From positions 384,001 through 448,000 of the forward strand of contig CAVPXI010000014.1 in NCBI GenBank assembly GCA_963709585.1: DNA of 64,000 nt, in the 5' to 3' direction. Positions within the stretch are counted from its first letter, which is position 1. Each line of letters opens with the position of its first letter. A model generated the notes under the pieces. The model worked only from the letters and a program-made list of their open reading frames with translations, made no database searches and was not told where the DNA came from. Of this stretch, positions 15,069 through 25,339 are shown one piece after another. The stretch comes from Candidatus Dormiibacterota bacterium (GTDB taxonomy: Bacteria > Chloroflexota > Dormibacteria > Aeolococcales > Aeolococcaceae). The position numbers and the translations under genes were made by a program.

Positions 15069-16108
15069 GCGAAGTGCCGCGAGCTCGTGCGCGGTCGCGG
15101 CACCCGCGCTCCTCCTTCCCGATCGAGGACGACGATACCGGTGCCCGCGCCGAGGGCTCCGACGACTGCGAGCGGGGCCAGCGCGTCGGGCCAGGATTCG
15201 AGCAGGGCGCCGACCGCCGCGCGCGGCAGGATCGCGACCAGCTCGAAATCCTCCCCGCCGCCGAGCGCGAGGTCCGGCCACGAGGCGCCGAAGTCCGCCA
15301 CGAGTGCAGGTTCGACTGGGACCCGATCGAGCCAGATCTCTGCGCCGCAGCCGGACATGTCGGTGATCCGCTCCAGCTCGACGAACAGCCCGTCGCTGAT
15401 GTCACCGCCGCAGCGCACCCCCGCCTCGATCAGCTGGAGGCCCTCGGCAATCCGGGCCACCGGCGAGAGCTGGGCCTCGACCCAGGCTCGCTCCTGCTCG
15501 GACAGCTCGGCGCCTCCGTCGAGGAGCAGTCGCAGTCCTGCGGCCGCTCGGCCCAGCGTTCCCGTGACCACGATCACGTCGCCGGGACTGCCGCGATCGC
15601 GCCGCAACGCCGCGCCGGCCGCAAGCGTCCCCCCGACCGAGACGTCGATCACCAGTGGCCCGTCGATTGCGCTGACGTCGCCTCCGGCGACCGCGCACCC
15701 CGAGGCGGCTGCGGCGGCGCAGAGTCCCCGTTGGATGTCAAGGACGTCCTCGAGGCGAGTGCTCGCCGGGGCGCAGAGCGTCGCCGCGCACCACACCGGT
15801 CGGGCGCCCATCCCGGCCAGGTCCGAGAGCGCGACGGCAAGCGCGCGAGCGCCGAGCCCGCGCGGGCTGATCCAGGATCGGTGGAAATCGACGCCCTCGA
15901 CCAGGGCATCCTGGCTGATCGCAAGGTCGCGCCCGGGCTCCGGAGCCCAGACGGCGGCGTCGTCACCGGCGCCGATGACCAGGGGCGGCGACGACGCTCG
16001 CGCAATCCCGGTGAGCGCCTTCAAAAGCGCCTGCTCGCCCACGTCGGCAAGCGTCGGCCCCGCTTCGTCGAAGGCTCGGTCGGCCTGTTGATGTCGCTCC
16101 AACGTCAC
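15065..16108 (-). CDS. thiL: Thiamine-monophosphate kinase
   Basis: GAGDDAAV, EGVDF, LSDLAGMG, GGD, DISDGL, GGEDFEL. Confidence 0.92.
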   Translation of the reverse strand: MTLERHQQADRAFDEAGPTLADVGEQALLKALTGIARASSPPLVIGAGDDAAVWAPEPGRDLAISQDALVEGVDFHRSWISPRGLGARALAVALSDLAGMGARPVWCAATLCAPASTRLEDVLDIQRGLCAAAAASGCAVAGGDVSAIDGPLVIDVSVGGTLAAGAALRRDRGSPGDVIVVTGTLGRAAAGLRLLLDGGAELSEQERAWVEAQLSPVARIAEGLQLIEAGVRCGGDISDGLFVELERITDMSGCGAEIWLDRVPVEPALVADFGASWPDLALGGGEDFELVAILPRAAVGALLESWPDALAPLAVVGALGAGTGIVVLDREGGARVPRPRTSSRHFA

Positions 16109-16250
16109 ACGTCCGCAATATACGTGGCCTGCGCGCGCGGTACTGTGGCGCCCGGTGTCCGGCTTGCACTTGGACCATCAAGGTCGCTATGGTGCCGCGG
16201 GGACCAACCGAGCGATGCCCGTTTAGGGCACCGGCGGCCGATGATGGAGG

Positions 16251-17345
16251 ATGTCTATTTTGACGTGGAGCCGGAAGGTGGCCCTGACCGTCGCAGGTGT
16301 CATCACCCTTCTGGCCACCGGTATCGGAGCCATCCCGAACAGTCAGGCAAACGGTTCGCAGGCGCCGAGCTCCGCCATCGCAGCGCTGCAACACCGGCGC
16401 GCGCAACTCATCGCAGAGCTCGCCGCGTTGCAACCCAGCATCAGCGCCGCAGGTGGATCCGTCGGTTCGGCGGAGGCGATGTTCAACGCGCAGCAGACCA
16501 AGGTGTTGAACCAGCGCAACCAGCTCGCACAGCTGAACGCAAAACTGCTGGCGCTGAGCAGTCAGTTGAACAGCAACAACGCGACCGCTGCGCAGGACAA
16601 GGCACAACTGGCCGGAATCACGCGCGCAACGTACGAGACCAGCGGCGGCAACCAGGTGCTGGCGGCGGTGCTGAGCGCGCAGTCGTTCAACCAGGCGATT
16701 GACGAGTTGAAGGCCGCGAACCAGGTGTCGCAACAGGTTCTCGACCTTGTCGAGCGTCTCGCCGCGTCCAACCATGCCATCGTCGCGGAGCAGACATCGA
16801 TCCGTTCCGACGCCGCCTCAGCGCAGAGCCTCGAAGGCCAACTCGCCGCCCAGAGCGACCGCCTGCTGACCATCCTCGAAGACCGCAACACGCTGTTCGC
16901 GGGACTCAACGGACCGGCGCGCGCGATCGCCGCACAGATCGCCAGCATCGACAACCAGATCGCATTTCTCGAGGCCGGACCGCACGTCGGATCGGGGGCG
17001 TGCGGCAATCACTTCGCGTACGGGTTCTGCACGTACTACGTCGCGACGCGGCGCTGCGTCCCGTGGCTCGGCAACGCCGGGAGCTGGTACATCGCGGCGG
17101 CACAGATGGGATTCAAGGAAGGCCGGCTGCCGGTCGCGGGCGCGATCGTGGTGTTCCGGCCGGGCGTCGATGGTGTGAGCCCCGAGGGTCACGTCGCCTA
17201 CGTCGAGGCGGTGGGACCGGCCGCGGGGATCCCGGCGGGTGCTTTCAAGCTCTCGGAGATGAACTTCGCCGGATGGAACCGGGTCGACTACCGGGTGATC
17301 AGCGACACGAGCGCGGACATCATGGGGTTCATCTACGGGCAGTAG
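16251..17345 (+). CDS. Secreted coiled-coil + CHAP domain peptidoglycan hydrolase (PcsB/CwlO-like)
   Basis: Signal peptide, long Ala/Gln/Leu coiled coil, GFCTYYV...GNAGSW...GHVAYVE...SEMN. Confidence 0.85.
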   Translation: MSILTWSRKVALTVAGVITLLATGIGAIPNSQANGSQAPSSAIAALQHRRAQLIAELAALQPSISAAGGSVGSAEAMFNAQQTKVLNQRNQLAQLNAKLLALSSQLNSNNATAAQDKAQLAGITRATYETSGGNQVLAAVLSAQSFNQAIDELKAANQVSQQVLDLVERLAASNHAIVAEQTSIRSDAASAQSLEGQLAAQSDRLLTILEDRNTLFAGLNGPARAIAAQIASIDNQIAFLEAGPHVGSGACGNHFAYGFCTYYVATRRCVPWLGNAGSWYIAAAQMGFKEGRLPVAGAIVVFRPGVDGVSPEGHVAYVEAVGPAAGIPAGAFKLSEMNFAGWNRVDYRVISDTSADIMGFIYGQ

Positions 17346-18570
17346 CCGCCTCGAGCGCCGCTCTGAGGAGCTCCTGGGCCGCGGGCAGGGTGTCGATCAC
17401 GTCTGAGGCGAGCGCCCCCGCGCGTCCCCGGCGAGCCTGGACCATCAGACCGGCCTGAGCATGGATGGACACGCCGGCCACCGCGGCGTCGCGAGGTCCG
17501 AGCCCCTGGGCGAGCATGGAGCCGATCAGGCCGGCGAGCACATCGCCGGTCCCGCCGGTCGCCAGGGCGACGATGCGGTGGCGATCGACATGGGTGGGGA
17601 AGCTCGATGCCGCCACCACCGTGTCGGCGCCTTTGAGAACGACCACGACCCCATGCTCCCGCGCGTAGCGCTCGGCGGTGCCGAGCCGGTCCGCCTGCAC
17701 CGCCTCGGTGGCCATGTCCGCGAGCCTGCCCATCTCCGCGGGGTGTGGGGTCACGACGATGGTCTGCCCGGTCGATCTCCAGTCGAATCCTGAGGCCGCG
17801 ATGATGTTCAGGGCGTCGGCGTCGACCACGGCCGGGCACGGCAGCCCGACCAGGATCTCGACGAGTGCTCGGACCGTGTCCGGCGACTGCCCGAGTCCGG
17901 GTCCGACCACCAGCGCATCCGCGCCGCGGAGCCGCTCGCGCACGGTGGGAACAGCGTCGAGGTGCAGCGTGCCGGTACCGGCGTCCGGGAGCGGTGTGGG
18001 CATCACCTCGAGGCAGCCGGCGGCGACGATCGCGTGGATTGCCTCGGGGATGCCGACTTCGACCAGCCCGGCGCCTCCCCGTGCGGCGCCCATCGCGGCC
18101 AGCCGCGGCGCGCCGGTAAAAGCCTTCGATCCCGCGATCACGAGCACGCGACCGAAGGTGCCCTTGTGCCCGTCCTCGGGTCGATCGGCGAGCACCAGCC
18201 CATCGGGAGGAGCCGGCAGCGTCCGGCGGCGCGGGCCGCGGTCGACCGCGACGGCGATGGCGAGCCCCCCGTCGTGGGTCAGCGACAGAGCGATATCGGT
18301 CGGCTCGCCGCGAACGTGCACCTGGGGAGCTCCACCGCGGCGGCGGACCACCTCGATGTCCTTGTACGCCGGCATGCGTTCGCCGATCGAACCATAGAGT
18401 TTCTTGACCGCCTCCTTGGCGGCCCACCTGCTCGCCCATCGCTCGGGCTTGGCGGCGGCGTACCGCTGCTCACTGTCGGTGTAGATGCGCTGGGCAAAGC
18501 GCGGGTGGCGGGCCAGCGCCGCGGCGATGCGATCCACGACGGTCACATCGACCCCGACAACCATCGTCAT
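17329..18570 (-). CDS. Fusion of holo-ACP synthase (AcpS) and ADP-dependent NAD(P)H-hydrate dehydratase (NnrD)
   Basis: GVDVT...RWAAKEAVKK...LSLTHD then HKGTFGRVLVIAGS, GPGLG, DADAL, TPHPAEM, LKG, ATGGTGDVLAG. Confidence 0.85.
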   Translation of the reverse strand: MTMVVGVDVTVVDRIAAALARHPRFAQRIYTDSEQRYAAAKPERWASRWAAKEAVKKLYGSIGERMPAYKDIEVVRRRGGAPQVHVRGEPTDIALSLTHDGGLAIAVAVDRGPRRRTLPAPPDGLVLADRPEDGHKGTFGRVLVIAGSKAFTGAPRLAAMGAARGGAGLVEVGIPEAIHAIVAAGCLEVMPTPLPDAGTGTLHLDAVPTVRERLRGADALVVGPGLGQSPDTVRALVEILVGLPCPAVVDADALNIIAASGFDWRSTGQTIVVTPHPAEMGRLADMATEAVQADRLGTAERYAREHGVVVVLKGADTVVAASSFPTHVDRHRIVALATGGTGDVLAGLIGSMLAQGLGPRDAAVAGVSIHAQAGLMVQARRGRAGALASDVIDTLPAAQELLRAALEAATARR

Positions 18571-18577
18571 GCGACGA

Positions 18578-20409
18578 CTATTCCACAGTCACCGATTTCG
18601 CGAGGTTGCGCGGCTGGTCGACGTCGCATCCCCGCTGCACGGCGACGTGATACGCGAAGAGCTGCAGCGGGATGACGTTGATCAGCGGCGAGAACACCTC
18701 CGAGCAGGCGGGCACCGGCACCGTGGTCGCGAACCCGGCGTCGAACGGATCCTCGCCCTCGGTGACGAGCGCGATCACCGGCGCATCGCGCGAATGCACC
18801 TCCTGCACGTTGCTCACCATCTTCGGGAGCGTCGCCGAGCGAGTGGCGATGGCGATCACCGGGACGTCGGGCTCGAGCAGCGCGATCGGTCCGTGCTTCA
18901 GCTCGCCCGCCGCGTATCCCTCCGCGTGCACGTAGGAGATCTCCTTGAGCTTGAGCGCGCCCTCCATCGCGATCGGGAAGTTGATACCCCTGCCGATGTA
19001 CAGCGCGCTGTGCGTGTGCGCGAACCGCTGGCCGAGCTCGACGAGCATCGGTTCGAGCTCCAGGGTCCGCGCCAGGAGGGGGGCAGGCTCTGCAACTCCG
19101 CGACCAGTCGCTGATGCTCGCCGACATCCAGCGTCCCGCGTGCATCACCGAGACGAAGTGCGAGCAGCAGACCGCACACCATCTGAGTCATGAAGGTCTT
19201 GGTGCCGGCGACGGAGATCTCCGGTCCGGCCTGCATGTAGAGCGCGCCGTCGGCCTCGAGTGGCAATGCACTCCCGACAACATTCGTGATTGCGATGACC
19301 TTGGCGCCGGCCCGATGCGCCTGCCGCACTGCCGCAAGCGTGTCGGCAGTCTCACCCGACTGCGACACCGCGATCACCAGTGAATGCGCATCGACGAGCG
19401 CTTCGCCATACCGGAACTCGCTCGCCGCCTCGACCTTGCAGCGAATCTTTGCCAGATGCTCGATTGCGTAGCCGGCGACCATCGCCGCATACCAGGCCGA
19501 TCCGCACGCAACCAGGACCACCTCATGCACCTCCGCGAGCTGGTCGTCATCCATCCCCAACTCGGGCAGCACGACCATCCCCATGTCATCGATGCGGCCG
19601 CGAAGCGCGTTGCGCACCGCCTCGGGCTGCTCGTGAATCTCCTTCAGCAGGAAGTGCGGAAAGCCGTTCTTCTGCGCCTGCTCCGCCTCCCAGTCGACGG
19701 TGACGATGCGCGCCTCGACGGCGGTGCCGTCGAGCTGTTGCACAGTGATCCCCAGAGGGGTGGCGGTGACGATCTCCCCTTCGCCGAGCAGCGCGATCCG
19801 CTTGGTGTACGGGATCAAGGCGGTGATGTCGCTGCTCACGAAGACCTCGCCGCGTCCGAGTCCGACCACGAGCGGGGCGTTCATCCGTGCGCCCACCACG
19901 CGGTCGGGCTGATCCGCGGAGATGACCACCAGGGCGCACGCACCCTGCATGCGGTTGAGCGCACTCCGAACGGCGCTCGCGAGATCGCCGTGGAAGGCGT
20001 CTTCGATGAGATGGGGAACGACCTCGGTGTCGGTCTCGCTCAGGAACTCGTGCCCGCGCGACATCAGCTCGGCCCGCAGCTCGCGATAGTTCTCGACGAT
20101 GCCGTTGTGAATGACGTGAATGCGCCCGGTGCAATCCTGGTGCGGATGCGCGTTCTCGAGCGACGGACGGCCGTGCGTCGCCCAGCGCGTGTGCCCGATG
20201 CCGACGGTGCCGGACGGCGTCCCCTCGGCTTCGACCTGGCGGGCGAGGTCAGCGACCTTGTTGGTGTTCTTGACCGTCGCGACGTCGCCGTCCGCATCGA
20301 TGATCGCGATCCCGGCCGAGTCGTAGCCTCGATACTCGAGACGGCGAAGGCTGTCGAGCAGCACGGGCGCCGCGGGGCGGGGGCCGGTGTAGCCGATGAT
20401 GCCGCACAT
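18578..20409 (-). CDS. glmS: Glucosamine--fructose-6-phosphate aminotransferase (frameshift in G6 run 19078-19083)
   Basis: MCGIIG, EYRGYDSAG, HTRWATHG, SQSGETADT, ELKHGP, PRNLAKSVTVE split across two ORFs. Confidence 0.95.
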
Positions 20410-20443
20410 GGGACCTCTCTGGAACGGACCGCGTGAGAAGGGG

Positions 20444-21418
20444 TTACGTGGGTGACGGCGACGGTGTCGGTGTCGGTGTCGGCGGCGGCGGCGGGACGGT
20501 GCCCATCTCGATCGTCACCGTGGCCTTGCTCTGTGACAGGGTCACGCCCGCCGGCGCGGTGATCGTGACCGAGACCGTGTAAAGGCCGAAGATGCCGTTC
20601 AGCGGGATCGGTGCGGTCGATACCGAGTCGAGCGTGTTGAGCAGATCCTGGGACCCGGTCGCGATCACGGTGATCGGGCTGACAAGGATCCCGGTCAGGT
20701 AGTGACCGGGAGACGGGCTCCCCTCGGTGCGCGTAAGAACAGCCACGACCTTCGTGGTGATGACCGCCTTGATCGCGATGCTGACGCTGACGTAGGAGGG
20801 GATGGGTTCGACGTTGTTCAGTCGAACTTTGTTCGAGTAGACGAGGACGGGCAGCGGTGCCTGGAAGTTGGCCTTCTGGCTGCCGAGGTTGACGGTCACG
20901 AGCGCTTCGAGCCCGACGAGCTCGTGCGCGGGACCGCGGACCATCACCGTCGAGGGGGTCGCCTGTGGGCTGCCGCTTACGAAGCCGACCGGGGTCGGGT
21001 TGGTGATCTGAATCGTGACCGAAACAGACTTTGACGCGTACGAATCCAGGTCGACCTGCACCGACGTTGGGGGGTTGATCAACTCGATGCTCGGATCGGT
21101 GTTCACAATCGAGATGGGGATCGAATAGGTGCCCGCGTGGTTCGCCGCCGACCAGTCGACGCTGACGGTGAGCACGGCGGAATTGAGCGCATCCAGGGTG
21201 TTCTGATCGCCACCGACCCGGACCTGCACGGGGTCCACCGCGTGCACGAGCACATAGGAGGGCGGGATGCTCGCCGTGCTCTGGGGGACCGATAGGGACA
21301 CGACCTTGGTCTCGGGTGGATTGCCCGCATAGACCACGCCAACCCAGGTGAAGAACGCGATGACGCAGCACCCCACCTTGAGCTTCCAGTTGCGCCGGAT
21401 GAAGCCCGGGATGCTCAC
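20444..21418 (-). CDS. CdaR/YbbR-like regulator of diadenylate cyclase
   Basis: NWKLK + TM helix, repeated beta-rich YbbR-type segments (PSTVMVRGP, PITVIATG), directly after cdaA. Confidence 0.8.
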   Translation of the reverse strand: MSIPGFIRRNWKLKVGCCVIAFFTWVGVVYAGNPPETKVVSLSVPQSTASIPPSYVLVHAVDPVQVRVGGDQNTLDALNSAVLTVSVDWSAANHAGTYSIPISIVNTDPSIELINPPTSVQVDLDSYASKSVSVTIQITNPTPVGFVSGSPQATPSTVMVRGPAHELVGLEALVTVNLGSQKANFQAPLPVLVYSNKVRLNNVEPIPSYVSVSIAIKAVITTKVVAVLTRTEGSPSPGHYLTGILVSPITVIATGSQDLLNTLDSVSTAPIPLNGIFGLYTVSVTITAPAGVTLSQSKATVTIEMGTVPPPPPTPTPTPSPSPT

Positions 21419-22284
21419 GGATGCGAGCGACGCCCCAGGGTGCGCAGCGTGCCGACTCGCGCCAGCGGGCGGAGCATCGCCGCACGTCCGGATCCACCCT
21501 CCTTGGCGAGCAGGGTGACCAGCATCTCGTGGAGCTTGGCCTGGTCGAGACCGCGATAGAGCTTGCCGTCGTGGGCGATGCTGATCAGGCCGGTCTCCTC
21601 GCTCACGATCAGCACCACGGCGTCGCTCTGCATGGTGAGGCCGAGGGCGGCGCGATGCCTCGTGCCCATGCGTCCGACGCCGGGAAGCGTCTCGGCAAGG
21701 GGCAGGACGCAGCCGGCTGCGATGATCCGGCTCTCCCGGATGATCACCGCGCCGTCGTGCAGCGGCGAACCCGGGACGAAGATGGTGGCCAGCATCTCCC
21801 CGGTCACGTCGCCGTTGACATGGACGCCGGTTGCCGCGAGGTTCTCGAGCCCGGTCTCACGTTCGAACACGATCAGGGCGCCGACCTTGCGTTCCGCCAG
21901 CGAGCCGGCGGCGCGCAGTACCTCGTCCACGGTGCGGGCGTAGGCCAGCTCCGGCTGGCGTCCGAGCACCGCGCGAACGGTGCCGAGCCGGCCCACCTGG
22001 TCGAGGGCGCGGCGCAGCTCGGGTTGGAACAGGACGATCGCGGCGATCACGATCGCCTGGGTTCCGTTGTTGAAGATGAATTCGAGCAGGCGGAGGTGCA
22101 GAAGCTGAGCCGTCCAGCCGACCACGAAGATGACGCCGAGGCCGAGCAGCAGCTGCACCGCCTGCGTGCCCCTGATCAACTTCAGGAGCTGATAGAGGAG
22201 GAAGGCGACCACGATGACGTCGAGCCCGTCGCGCCAGCTCAGGCTCTGCAGAAAGAAGTGCGCATTGCGCAGCAGGTCGCTCAC
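21415..22284 (-). CDS. cdaA: Diadenylate cyclase CdaA
   Basis: Three TM helices, FQPELRRAL, PLHDGA, GTRHRAALG, VSEETG. Confidence 0.93.
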   Translation of the reverse strand: MSDLLRNAHFFLQSLSWRDGLDVIVVAFLLYQLLKLIRGTQAVQLLLGLGVIFVVGWTAQLLHLRLLEFIFNNGTQAIVIAAIVLFQPELRRALDQVGRLGTVRAVLGRQPELAYARTVDEVLRAAGSLAERKVGALIVFERETGLENLAATGVHVNGDVTGEMLATIFVPGSPLHDGAVIIRESRIIAAGCVLPLAETLPGVGRMGTRHRAALGLTMQSDAVVLIVSEETGLISIAHDGKLYRGLDQAKLHEMLVTLLAKEGGSGRAAMLRPLARVGTLRTLGRRSHP

Positions 22285-23228
22285 GCGGCGACCTCGAGGC
22301 CGTTGCCCGCGTAGATGAGGGCGAGGAGAGCCTGCTGGACCCAGAGGCGGTTCTCCGCCTGGTCGAACACGACCGAGTGAGGGCCGTCGATCACCGCGTC
22401 GGTGATCTCCTCACCGCGGTGCGCCGGGAGGCAGTGCATCACCCGGACCCCCGGCGGCGCGAGCGCAACCAGGCGGTCATTCACCTGCAGAAAGGCGAAG
22501 TCCTCGCGCCGGCGCTGCTGCTCGGTTTCCTGGCCCATGCTGGTCCAAACGTCGGTGTAGATGATTTCGGTATCGCGCAGGGCCGGTGCCGCGTCGTGGG
22601 TGATGTCGAAGCCGGTCCCCGGCGCCCGCATGCCGGCGGCCCTCTCGACAACGGCGGGTGGCGGCTCATAGCCGCGTGGGCAGATCACCCGGAGGTGCAC
22701 CCCGAGCAGCGCCGCGGCATAGATCCAGGACGTGCAGACATTGTTCCCATCACCGATGTACGCGACCGTGGCGCCCGCGAGCCGCCCGGTGGTCGATCGC
22801 ACGGTCATGCAGTCGGCAAGCACCTGGCATGGGTGCTCGGCGTCGGTCAGCGCGTTGATCACCGGAGCCGCAGCCGCGCCGGCGATGGCGACCAGATCCC
22901 GGTGCGAGACCACCCGCGCGACGATGCCGTCCGCGTAGCGGTCGAGGATCCGGCTGATGTCCGCAGCCAACTCGCGCTCGCCGAGCTGCACCTCGGGGTT
23001 GAAGAGCGCGATCGGGTGACCGCCGAGACGGTGGATCGCCACCTCGAAGGACACCCGGGTCCGGTTGCTCGGGCGCTGAAAGATAAGCGCGAGCGATCGG
23101 CCCGCGAGCGGGCTGCCGAGATCCCGGCCCGACTTGGCTTCGTCGGCCAGATCGAGGACCGCGATGATCTCGTCGGCGGTGAGGTCCGCGATGCTGAGAA
23201 GGTCGCGGCCGGCGAGAGAAGGGCTCAT
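22281..23228 (-). CDS. argF: Ornithine carbamoyltransferase
   Basis: SNRTRVSF, HPCQ, GDGNNV, TDVWTSMG, HCLP, QAENR. Confidence 0.93.
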   Translation of the reverse strand: MSPSLAGRDLLSIADLTADEIIAVLDLADEAKSGRDLGSPLAGRSLALIFQRPSNRTRVSFEVAIHRLGGHPIALFNPEVQLGERELAADISRILDRYADGIVARVVSHRDLVAIAGAAAAPVINALTDAEHPCQVLADCMTVRSTTGRLAGATVAYIGDGNNVCTSWIYAAALLGVHLRVICPRGYEPPPAVVERAAGMRAPGTGFDITHDAAPALRDTEIIYTDVWTSMGQETEQQRRREDFAFLQVNDRLVALAPPGVRVMHCLPAHRGEEITDAVIDGPHSVVFDQAENRLWVQQALLALIYAGNGLEVAA

Positions 23229-23314
23229 CCGCCCATATGGTTGCACCGCGGCGTCAATCGCGCGCCTCACGCGCAATCCCGCGCGCGAAGCGTCACACGC
23301 TATACCGTGCGCGA

Positions 23315-24319
23315 GTGGATATCGCGGTGGTGGTGAACGGCGGAATGGCCGAAACCCTGCAGTCGACACCGCTCCTGCGCACCCTGCGCGCCGGCTACCC
23401 CACCGCCCGGATCGTGCTGGTCTGCCCGTCGACAGCAGTCGACCTCGCCGACGGCATTCCGCCGGTTGACCGGGTCGTCCCGCTGCCCGGGCTCCGGGGC
23501 AGGAGCACCGGCGGACTGCGACTGTGGGCGGCGCTGAGGGGCATGCGTCTCAACTCCGTGTTCCTGTGCACGTCGGGCGTCGCCGCGCCGACGGCGGCGT
23601 ACTTCGCCGGCATCCCGCAGCGCAGTGGGGTCGGCGGCGGCGCCGGCCTGCTGCTCACCGGCCGCGTCAAGCCGCGCCGGGCGGAGAACCAGGCCGAGAC
23701 CTGGCTGCGCCTCGCCGAGGTCGCCGGCGTCCATCAGCAACTCCACACTCCGGTGTTCGAGCCGGGTCCCGAAGCTCGGCGCCGAGCCGAGCAGGTGCTG
23801 CATGGCACCGGGCTCGGTGACGGACGCCTCCTGGTCGCGATCGCACCCGGCTCCGGGTACGCCGAGAGCTTCGCCGCGCCGGCGGCGGCGACCGTCTGGG
23901 ACCCCGAACGCTGGGCACATCTGGCCAACCTGCTCGCCCAGCGTCACGGCGCCGGGATCCTCATCGTCGGCTCGCCGCACGACCGCTATGCCGCGGAACG
24001 GACCAAGATCGACCTCCGCGCGGCCGCGACCGACCTGGTCGGCGAGATCGACCTGGCGACCCTCGCCGGAGTCGTGGCCCGCTGCGACCTTCTGGTCGGC
24101 AGCGACACCCCGCTCCTCCAGCTTGCCGCTGCGATGGGCACGCCGACCGTTGGACTGTTCGGACCCACCGACGGCGCACGTGGCGGTGCCTACGGTCCCG
24201 CTCACCGCGTGATCCAGGCGCTGGCACCCCCCCGTTTCGAGGATGGTGTCGCCAACCAGGCGAGCATGGACCAGATCCGGGTGGAGGATGTTCTCGCCGG
24301 CATCGAGGCGACGCTCTGA
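23315..24319 (+). CDS. Glycosyltransferase family 9-like protein
   Basis: TPLLRTLR..YP, IAPG, DLVG, CDLLVGSDTPLLQLAAAMGTPTVGLFGPT. Confidence 0.8.
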   Translation: MDIAVVVNGGMAETLQSTPLLRTLRAGYPTARIVLVCPSTAVDLADGIPPVDRVVPLPGLRGRSTGGLRLWAALRGMRLNSVFLCTSGVAAPTAAYFAGIPQRSGVGGGAGLLLTGRVKPRRAENQAETWLRLAEVAGVHQQLHTPVFEPGPEARRRAEQVLHGTGLGDGRLLVAIAPGSGYAESFAAPAAATVWDPERWAHLANLLAQRHGAGILIVGSPHDRYAAERTKIDLRAAATDLVGEIDLATLAGVVARCDLLVGSDTPLLQLAAAMGTPTVGLFGPTDGARGGAYGPAHRVIQALAPPRFEDGVANQASMDQIRVEDVLAGIEATL

Positions 24320-24328
24320 GCTTCGGTC

Positions 24329-25327
24329 CTACCGGATGTACATGAGTGCGCGCTTGAGAACGTCGAGGTTGTCGAGGGCGTAGCCGGTCCCGCGGACGGC
24401 GCAGAGCTCCGGCTGGGTGTCGCGATGGACGTCGATGCCGGTGGCGGCGGCGATGGCGCTGTCGAGCCCCTCGAGGCGGGCGCCGCCCCCGCAGAGCAGG
24501 ATGCCCTCGCGCCGGATGTCGCTGATCAACCGCCCCGGAGTGTCGTCGAGGACGGCGGTGAGCGCCGTCAGGATCGGTCGCACGTGTGCTTCGAGGCACG
24601 CGTTCATCTCGGTCGAGGTGATCGTCAATCGCTCCTCGCCTCTCTCGCTGCGACCCATGACCTCGAGCCGGCGCTCCTCGTGCGGTCCCACCCTGGCGAG
24701 CGAGGCGACCACCTCCTCGACGGTTGCCGCCTCGAGCGTCACCCCATGTTCCAGGCGGACATGGTCGGCAACGCACCCATGGAGACGCATGCCGCCGTGT
24801 CCGCTGAGGCAGCGACCGCTCACGGTGCCCTCGAGCGCCAGGGTTGCGATGTCGGTCTTGCCGGCGCCGATATCGACGACGAGATGGCCGTTGGGTCCGC
24901 TGAGGCGGACGCCCGCGCCCATCGCCGCGGCGAGCGGGGCGTCGAGCAGGTAGGCGGTCCGTGCGCCGGCGAGCGCGGCCGCCTCGAGCAGCGTGCGCCG
25001 CTGCCCGCCGGGCAGGGACGACATCACCGCGATCACGACGTCCGGCTTGAAGATCCGCTGCCGCCCGGCGGCGCGGATCATCGCGTGGCTGACGAGCCAC
25101 CGCGCCGACGCAGCGTCGACGATCTCGCCCCCGGCGACGGGTCTCCGGAGCTGGAACTCCGCATCTCCGGCCGCCGTCTCGAGTGCCGCCTCACCGAAGA
25201 CCGCCGCCTGGGTGCCGCCGTCGCGGATCGCCACCGCGGTCGGCTCGGTGGCGATCATGCCCTCGCCCTTGACGATGATCCTCGTCATCGTCGTACCGAG
25301 ATCGATGCCGACCTTCTTGCCCAGCAC
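24329..25327 (-). CDS. mreB: MreB/Mbl actin-like protein
   Basis: GIDLGT, AAAMGAG, VVDIGAGKT, GILLCGGGA; follows murA. Confidence 0.85.
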   Translation of the reverse strand: MLGKKVGIDLGTTMTRIIVKGEGMIATEPTAVAIRDGGTQAAVFGEAALETAAGDAEFQLRRPVAGGEIVDAASARWLVSHAMIRAAGRQRIFKPDVVIAVMSSLPGGQRRTLLEAAALAGARTAYLLDAPLAAAMGAGVRLSGPNGHLVVDIGAGKTDIATLALEGTVSGRCLSGHGGMRLHGCVADHVRLEHGVTLEAATVEEVVASLARVGPHEERRLEVMGRSERGEERLTITSTEMNACLEAHVRPILTALTAVLDDTPGRLISDIRREGILLCGGGARLEGLDSAIAAATGIDVHRDTQPELCAVRGTGYALDNLDVLKRALMYIR

Positions 25328-25339
25328 TGGTCGGGTGCC

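Noticed and set aside
19078-19083. Programmed frameshift or phase variation in glmS (also atpA)
   Set aside because: Essential genes with no known recoding; homopolymer or single-base error is more likely
20410-20443. glmS ribozyme
   Set aside because: Intergenic space is only ~35 nt
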